Source: Cylindrospermopsis raciborskii Cr2010 (GTDB lineage: Bacteria; Cyanobacteriota; Cyanobacteriia; Cyanobacteriales; Nostocaceae). Taken from it: DNA of 32,000 nucleotides. The DNA is taken from assembly GCF_003367075.2 (NCBI RefSeq), contig NZ_CP065936.1, forward strand, positions 2,370,001-2,402,000. Direction: 5' to 3'. The stretch's first letter is position 1. Each line of letters begins with the position of its first letter. Of the stretch, positions 27,397-32,000 are shown in pieces. Made by a program: the position numbers and the translations under genes. The notes below the pieces were generated by a model, which saw only the letters and a list, made by a program, of their open reading frames with translations, was not told where the DNA came from and did no database searches.

Positions 27397-27463
27397 GTGT
27401 GTGAGGAGCAAAGTTCAAAAGGCGCTTAGGGTGGAAACACGGCAACACTCCTGGGCGCTTTTT
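27397..27463 (+). ncRNA. Candidate small RNA of about 67 nt, possibly Yfr2-family-like (carries an anti-Yfr1 motif)
   Basis: The predicted transcript starts about 7 nt after the -10 box and ends in a strong intrinsic terminator. Near its 5' end is GUGUGAGGAG (27399-27408), the exact complement of the CUCCUCACAC core of the conserved cyanobacterial Yfr1 motif. No start codon or ORF is present. Confidence 0.4.
27421..27463. terminator. Bidirectional intrinsic terminator
   Basis: GGCGCUUAGGG...CCUGGGCGCC-type stem: GCGCUUAGG (27422-27430) pairs with CCUGGGCGC (27450-27458), with two G-U pairs. TTTTT follows on the + strand (27459-27463). On the - strand CTTTTG follows, immediately downstream of the lipoate-ligase-like gene stop at 27476. 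Confidence 0.7.
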
Positions 27464-27475
27464 GATTGTGTAGCT

Positions 27476-28213
27476 TTAGTGGGGATCAGATGCCATAATT
27501 TCTTGCCACTCTTCCGGGGAAAGAGGTTCCTCTTCTAGAACCATATTAAAGACATCACAAGCAGCAGCAATCAAACTGGGAATAATAACTTCCTGAGTCA
27601 GACTCTTAGGGAGGCTAATGGGAAAAAAGGAACCTTCACCAAATATGGTCTCAAACAGCTCCTGATCCGGTTCCAAAACCATGGAGCCATGTTGGAGAAT
27701 GACCTTATCAGTTCGCAGTTGGGCGCTACCAATCAGTTTAGCACCATTTGATAGAATTAAATCTGCACCCGTTGCAGTGCCAAAGCAGTTGGGATTGTGA
27801 ATATAACCCCTTCCTGCTTGACCATAGCTTAATTGTACCCCAAGTGACCCCCATCCTTGAATCAGAAAGTCACAAATCTTGGTGTAAGATTGCAATCGGT
27901 TCCCGGTTATTCCTGATGTGATAACGGTATAGGTTAAATCACCTTGATGTAGAACCGCCCTACCACCACTGGGACGAGAGACCAAATCTATCTTCTCACC
28001 TTGCCAAATTAAGTCATGCCAAAATTCTGGGTATGTTTTTTGATGATGACCCAGGGAAATAGCTGGGGGAGACCAGGTATAAAACCTGAGAATTCCAGAG
28101 TATGTTTTTAAAGATTGGTGCTCATGCTGTTGTAGTAACCACCTGTCAACTGCCATTTGTATTTTACCAGGTGCTGGAAAACAGGGAATTAACCGCCAAA
28201 TTTGTTTGACCAC
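27476..28213 (-). CDS. Lipoate-protein ligase A / BPL-LplA-LipB family protein
   Basis: Family blocks are WRLIP......QMAVDRWLL, PAISLGHHQ, RPSGGRAVLH.GDLTY and the lysine motif GAKLIGSAQLR. I place the start at the GTG 28213 (MVKQIWRLIP), because the ORF-track extension to 28318 is Cys/Phe-rich junk that overlaps the divergent gene. The start remains uncertain; the ATG at 28156 is an alternative. Confidence 0.75.
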   Translation of the reverse strand: MVKQIWRLIPCFPAPGKIQMAVDRWLLQQHEHQSLKTYSGILRFYTWSPPAISLGHHQKTYPEFWHDLIWQGEKIDLVSRPSGGRAVLHQGDLTYTVITSGITGNRLQSYTKICDFLIQGWGSLGVQLSYGQAGRGYIHNPNCFGTATGADLILSNGAKLIGSAQLRTDKVILQHGSMVLEPDQELFETIFGEGSFFPISLPKSLTQEVIIPSLIAAACDVFNMVLEEEPLSPEEWQEIMASDPH

Positions 28214-28283
28214 AAAAAGTTGGAAAACTACTAAAACTACTATAGTATGGTAGATAGTAGAATTCTGAGCAAGGAAAAAACAG

Positions 28284-28859
28284 TTGCAAGAATCACAACA
28301 AAAAGCACCAACACACAAGATACCAAAAGAACCAACATTCTACTATTTTGCCTATGGTTCTTGCATGTGCCCGGTAGACCTAAAGCGATCGCTTGGTGAG
28401 AATGTCCATCCTTACGTAGTTGGACATGGCATACTAAAAGAATATAGACTGAGATTTTATGGCTACTCTCATTTACGTAAATGCGGAGTTTTAGATGTGG
28501 TACAAGATACTGCATCCCTGGTTAGGGGTGTGCTGTATGAACTACCTTGGAGGTTCAGCGAAAATTTGGATAAGAGAGAGGGGGTATGCCAGGAATTCTA
28601 TCGTCGTGAGATGGTCAAGATTCAGCACCAAGGTGAAATATACAAAAATGTTCGCACGTACGTCGTGGTAAATAAATTACTAGAGGAAATACCACCAAAT
28701 GATTGGTATTTTAATGTAGTATTAAGGGGTGCAATTACCTGTGGGTTACCAGAAGAATATTGCTGGCATTTGTTTGACAAAATGCACGGGTTACAACAGA
28801 AATCGCACCAAACCTCTAATATTAGTAAAAATAATTTTAAGAAGACCTGCAACTCCTGA
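28284..28859 (+). CDS. Gamma-glutamylcyclotransferase / AIG2-like family protein
   Basis: It has FYYFAYGSCMCPVDLKRSLG (the YGS.M motif) and GVLYELP with the conserved Glu. The only in-frame start upstream of the conserved block is the TTG at 28284, so the start is tentative. Confidence 0.7.
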   Translation: MQESQQKAPTHKIPKEPTFYYFAYGSCMCPVDLKRSLGENVHPYVVGHGILKEYRLRFYGYSHLRKCGVLDVVQDTASLVRGVLYELPWRFSENLDKREGVCQEFYRREMVKIQHQGEIYKNVRTYVVVNKLLEEIPPNDWYFNVVLRGAITCGLPEEYCWHLFDKMHGLQQKSHQTSNISKNNFKKTCNS

Positions 28860-28871
28860 ATCTAGTAATGG

Positions 28872-29468
28872 TTAGTCTAATTCCCGACGACCTTCTAGTG
28901 CTTTAGCCAATGTAATTTCATCAGCGTACTCTAAATCACCACCCATAGGTAAACCGAAAGCGATACGGGTTACCCTGGTAAATGGTTTAAGTAACCCAGC
29001 TATATACAGAGTTGTAGTTTCCCCCTCCACGCTAGGACTAATGGCCATAATTACCTCTTGGGGTTTTTGTTGACTAACCCGACGGACGAGAGCTTGTAAA
29101 GTCAACTGTTCAGGTCCAATACCATCCATAGGAGAAATTACCCCACCCAAGACGTGATACTTACCCCTATACTCGCGGGTTTTTTCCAGAGCAATCACAT
29201 CGCGGGAATCAGCAACCACACAAATGGTTTGACTATCTCGATGGGGATTGCGGCAAATTTCACATACGGGTTCTGCTGTGAGATGATAACAAACCTGACA
29301 TAAACCCACCTGTTTTTTGGCATCAATTAATGTTTGTGCAAGAGCCTCAATTTCTGACTCTGGACGCTTTAGGATATATAAAGCCAAGCGTTGGGCGGAC
29401 TTGGGCCCAACTCCGGGAAGGCGTTGTAATTGTTCAATTAATCGGGCTAAGGGGCGTGTATAAACCGT
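28872..29468 (-). CDS. recR: Recombination protein RecR; the conserved N-terminus lacks a canonical start codon (putative ACG start)
   Basis: It has the C4 zinc finger [19 protein letters not shown] and Toprim ([16 protein letters not shown]...). The frame extends upstream of the ORF-track TTG (29387) as [27 protein letters not shown], which is the RecR helix-hairpin-helix. There is no in-frame ATG, GTG or TTG between the stop at 29499-29501 and 29387. AGGAG (complement of 29476-29480) sits 7 nt before an in-frame ACG (29466-29468). Confidence 0.85.
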   Translation of the reverse strand, partial: TVYTRPLARLIEQLQRLPGVGPKSAQRLALYILKRPESEIEALAQTLIDAKKQVGLCQVCYHLTAEPVCEICRNPHRDSQTICVVADSRDVIALEKTREYRGKYHVLGGVISPMDGIGPEQLTLQALVRRVSQQKPQEVIMAISPSVEGETTTLYIAGLLKPFTRVTRIAFGLPMGGDLEYADEITLAKALEGRRELD

Positions 29469-29618
29469 AAATTTTCTCCTGTGCTTACAAACGTAATTTT
29501 ATGGTAATCCTAATCAAGGTTAAAACTAAGTTTAGCAAAAAGCATCTGGAAATTACACCTTATACTATAATTAGGTGATACTAAAGCTTAGTAGATAAGG
29601 TAAACGGAAGTTAACACA

Positions 29619-32000
29619 ATGCACTACCTAACAGATCCTGCGGAAATCTACCAGCAAATTTCTCAGCTTGCTAAGTGTAAAAGTCTGTGGCTAGATACGG
29701 AAATCGCTGATTGGAATACTCCGTGTCCTAGGTTATCACTAATTCAGGTATTGGCTAACCCTACGGACTTAATCGGTGAGTTTGCTTATATTTTCGATGT
29801 CTTAGATAAGCCCGATATTTCCACATATTTTATTAGCCAAATTATGGTTGATGCCCAGATTCAAAAGGTGTTTCATAATGCAGATTTTGATTTGAAATAT
29901 TTAGGTAAAAACTCAGCTAAAAACGTTACTTGTACTTTTAAAGTAGCTAAAAAAATTGGACATAGAATTTTACAAACCACTAACTTAAAACTAAAAACTT
30001 TAGCTGTTGAACTGTGTCACTTTTCCGATGTGGATAAGGAAGGAGGAGCTAGTGATTGGGGAAAACGACCTCTGTGTGAAAAACAACTAAAGTATGCTGC
30101 TATGGATACGGTTTACCTCGCTGCTGTTCATCGTCGGTTAATGGAATTATCCGATCCTGATGCTGTCAGTAGTATTTTTAATAACAATTTTGATAATACT
30201 ACCCCCAATATCCTTCATGATATGGCAAACCCTGAATCAGAAAATTCTTCTTTGACTCCCACCAAACTAAGATTGGCTTTTGAGTGTCCTCGGATATTTT
30301 ATCTTAATCATCGTTTTAATAATAAATCTTTGTTTATTCCGGAAGGTTTGATTGGTGGTATTGGTAATGTTTTTCATAAATTGGCAGATGAATTTATCGA
30401 TTTATTGCTGAATGATGCCGAACTTACAACTCTATTTAATCCCCATCCTAACGAAATAAATTTGCAAGAGGTGGTGTTAGCGCTTCAGCAGTCATTTTAT
30501 AAAATTGTCTTTTTTCCCTATTCTCAAACCCAGGAAGAGAGCAAGTCTTTGGTATTACATCAAGTTTGGCTAGGATTAACAGGATTAATTAAAAAGTTCA
30601 CTGAGTTATTGATTAGCAATCGAAATTATTGCCATGCCAACTTACTTATTGCTAATACTTTTATGAGGGAGGATCGCGTTTTAGAACATGATTTTAATTT
30701 ACCAAATGGTAAAAGACAACTGATAAGAGGTAAATGTGATTGTTTGGTATTTGATTTTGCAACCAACCGGTTTTCTGTGATAGAGTTTAAAACTTATCAA
30801 CCAATAGATACATCAGCACAAGTGGCTCAGGTCGCCCTGTATAGCTATATATTATCTGAGAGAAAAAAAGTACCTGTTAATGTTGCTGTTTATTGCGTTC
30901 TACCTGAATTCAAGGAGTATAAATATACTGCCGAAGAGTTAGAAAATAATATTCACCAAGTCATACCTCATAAATTATTACAAATGCAAAATTGGTTGAC
31001 CTGGGAACCTCCCCAACCCAATCCACCTCCTATGACATCCCAGTCTCACTTATGTCAAATTTGCCCCGAAAAACAAAAGTGTCAGACTTTTTTTGCTCCC
31101 GACTTTGACAACTATTTTAATAACTGGGAGTTTAATCATCAGGATTCCCCAAATATTGAGGGTAAGAATTCCCCCCAAACAAGTAAAACTCAGAAAAATA
31201 ATCCCTTTAATCCCGATCAAATTGGGTTAGATTTGGTGAACACTTTGAAATCCTTTGGTATTGGTGTGGAGTATCAAGGTGCTATAGTAGGTCCGGCATT
31301 TGTAAGAGTGAAATTAAAACCTAATTTGGGTGTTAAAGTGAATTCTTTATTGAAATTATCTGATGATTTACGGGTGCAATTGGGACTAGAATGCCCACCC
31401 TTAATTGCATCACAAGCTGGCTATGTAAGTGTTGATTTACCCCGCAAAGACCGAGAAATTGCCAGATTTGAAGATTATATGCAAAAGAATTTTTTATCTG
31501 CGACTGCTAAGTTAAAAATTGCCCTTGGATTGAATATTGATGGGAAGTTAGTAGAAGCTGATTTGTCTGATCCTAATACCTGTCATTTTTTAGTTGGTGG
31601 AACCACCGGAAGTGGCAAAAGTGAGTTTTTAAGATCCTTGCTCCTAAGTTTGCTCTATCGACATTCTCCTGAACACTTGAAAATTGTTTTAGTAGACCCT
31701 AAAAGAGTCACTTTTCCTGAGTTTGAAACAATTCCCTGGTTGTATTCACCAGTCGTAAAAAATAGCGATCGCGCCATAGAGTTAATGAGTGAGTTAGTAG
31801 CAGAGATGGAATCCCGATACCAAAAATTTGAGCTGGCTAAATGTGCCAACATAACAGTTTATAATCAAAACTGTGCCCAGGTTTTACCACGTATAGTTTG
31901 TATATTTGATGAATATGCGGATTTCATGATAGAGAAAGAGACCCGAACTGCTTTAGAGCAGAGTATTAAACGTTTAGGAGCAATGGCAAGAGCAGCGGGA
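29619..32000 (+). CDS. Three-module fusion protein: DEDDy 3'-5' exonuclease, Cas4/RecB-like PD-(D/E)xK Fe-S nuclease and FtsK/SpoIIIE-family DNA translocase ATPase (partial, continues beyond the window)
   Basis: My own translation from the ATG at 29619 (an in-frame TAA lies at 29601-29603) gives 794 codons with no stop to the window end. Exonuclease motifs are LWLDTEIAD, VFHNADFDLKYL and KYAAMDTVY. Nuclease motifs are FECPRIFY, GKCDCLVFD, VIEFKTY, QVAQVALYSY and LCQICPEKQKC. FtsK motifs are GPAFVRVKLKPNLGVKV, GGTTGSGKSEF (Walker A), LVDPKRV, AEMESRY and IVCIFDEYADFM (Walker B). It is missing from the ORF track because it is open-ended. Confidence 0.85.
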   Translation, partial: MHYLTDPAEIYQQISQLAKCKSLWLDTEIADWNTPCPRLSLIQVLANPTDLIGEFAYIFDVLDKPDISTYFISQIMVDAQIQKVFHNADFDLKYLGKNSAKNVTCTFKVAKKIGHRILQTTNLKLKTLAVELCHFSDVDKEGGASDWGKRPLCEKQLKYAAMDTVYLAAVHRRLMELSDPDAVSSIFNNNFDNTTPNILHDMANPESENSSLTPTKLRLAFECPRIFYLNHRFNNKSLFIPEGLIGGIGNVFHKLADEFIDLLLNDAELTTLFNPHPNEINLQEVVLALQQSFYKIVFFPYSQTQEESKSLVLHQVWLGLTGLIKKFTELLISNRNYCHANLLIANTFMREDRVLEHDFNLPNGKRQLIRGKCDCLVFDFATNRFSVIEFKTYQPIDTSAQVAQVALYSYILSERKKVPVNVAVYCVLPEFKEYKYTAEELENNIHQVIPHKLLQMQNWLTWEPPQPNPPPMTSQSHLCQICPEKQKCQTFFAPDFDNYFNNWEFNHQDSPNIEGKNSPQTSKTQKNNPFNPDQIGLDLVNTLKSFGIGVEYQGAIVGPAFVRVKLKPNLGVKVNSLLKLSDDLRVQLGLECPPLIASQAGYVSVDLPRKDREIARFEDYMQKNFLSATAKLKIALGLNIDGKLVEADLSDPNTCHFLVGGTTGSGKSEFLRSLLLSLLYRHSPEHLKIVLVDPKRVTFPEFETIPWLYSPVVKNSDRAIELMSELVAEMESRYQKFELAKCANITVYNQNCAQVLPRIVCIFDEYADFMIEKETRTALEQSIKRLGAMARAAG

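Noticed and set aside
27395-27420. Yfr1 itself on the minus strand, since CUCCUCACAC is present there.
   Set aside because: On the minus strand the motif follows the terminator hairpin of the upstream gene. No second stem-loop or U-tract comes after it, and there is no upstream promoter outside coding sequence. The + strand unit with its own promoter and terminator explains the locus better.
28214-28515. The ORF-track N-terminal extension of the ligase-like gene (to 28318) and the 91-aa minus-strand ORF at 28240-28515.
   Set aside because: Both overlap the divergent gamma-glutamylcyclotransferase gene, and both have Cys/Phe/Leu-rich nonsense-like sequence. The conserved WRLIP block begins right after the GTG at 28213.
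29469-29618. A LexA/SOS box in the divergent recR / nuclease-translocase intergenic region.
   Set aside because: I looked for the cyanobacterial RGTAC-N3-DGTWCB pattern and found no GTAC-containing dyad. Only a short TTAC-n4-GTAA palindrome (about 29484-29495) and a TATAAT at 29566-29571 are present.
31655-31852. A 65-aa minus-strand ORF.
   Set aside because: It is antisense to the strongly conserved FtsK-type ATPase core of the large + strand ORF, so it is spurious.
1-32000. tRNA and rRNA genes, CRISPR arrays, toxin-antitoxin pairs and prophage or integrase genes.
   Set aside because: I scanned for T-loop-like GGTTCGAATCC-type motifs, for regularly spaced direct repeats and for small paired ORFs. 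I found none. The only mobile elements visible are the IS630 copy and the two MITE-like repeats.

Overview
This window looks like a cyanobacterial chromosome. I counted 12 copies of the HIP1 octamer GCGATCGC by eye, and the AT-rich style and gene content fit a filamentous Nostocales-type genome (inference). I can support about 26 protein genes, mostly housekeeping. They are: a partial PhzF-like gene; a STAS-domain/sugar-phosphotransferase fusion; an AapJQMP-type amino-acid ABC transporter (natF-natG-natH ... bgtA); an M1 aminopeptidase; a SAM methyltransferase; a secreted alpha/beta hydrolase; truB; a TonB-dependent receptor; a ROK kinase; a BtuF-like binding protein; a RelA/SpoT homologue; a lipoate-ligase-like gene; a gamma-glutamylcyclotransferase; and recR. 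Six things stand out. (1) A large ORF at the right edge (29619 to the window end), missing from the supplied ORF track, fuses a DEDDy 3'-5' exonuclease, a Cas4/RecB-like Fe-S PD-(D/E)xK nuclease and an FtsK/SpoIIIE DNA-translocase motor. It has no membrane anchor and lies divergent from recR. This is my best candidate for an undescribed system. (2) A roughly 1129-codon secreted-type protein with two tandem alkaline-phosphatase-superfamily domains plus RTX repeats sits on the opposite strand between natH and bgtA. A 1047-bp IS630-family element with TA target duplication splits it, and the intact reading frame can be reconstructed exactly. (3) A candidate small RNA of about 67 nt has its own promoter and terminator and carries the exact complement of the Yfr1 core motif. 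(4) The conserved N-terminus of recR has no canonical start codon; an SD-positioned ACG is the only candidate. (5) Two copies of a MITE-like element of about 105-116 bp are present. (6) There are several smaller regulatory-looking structures. I found no tRNA or rRNA genes and no CRISPR arrays.
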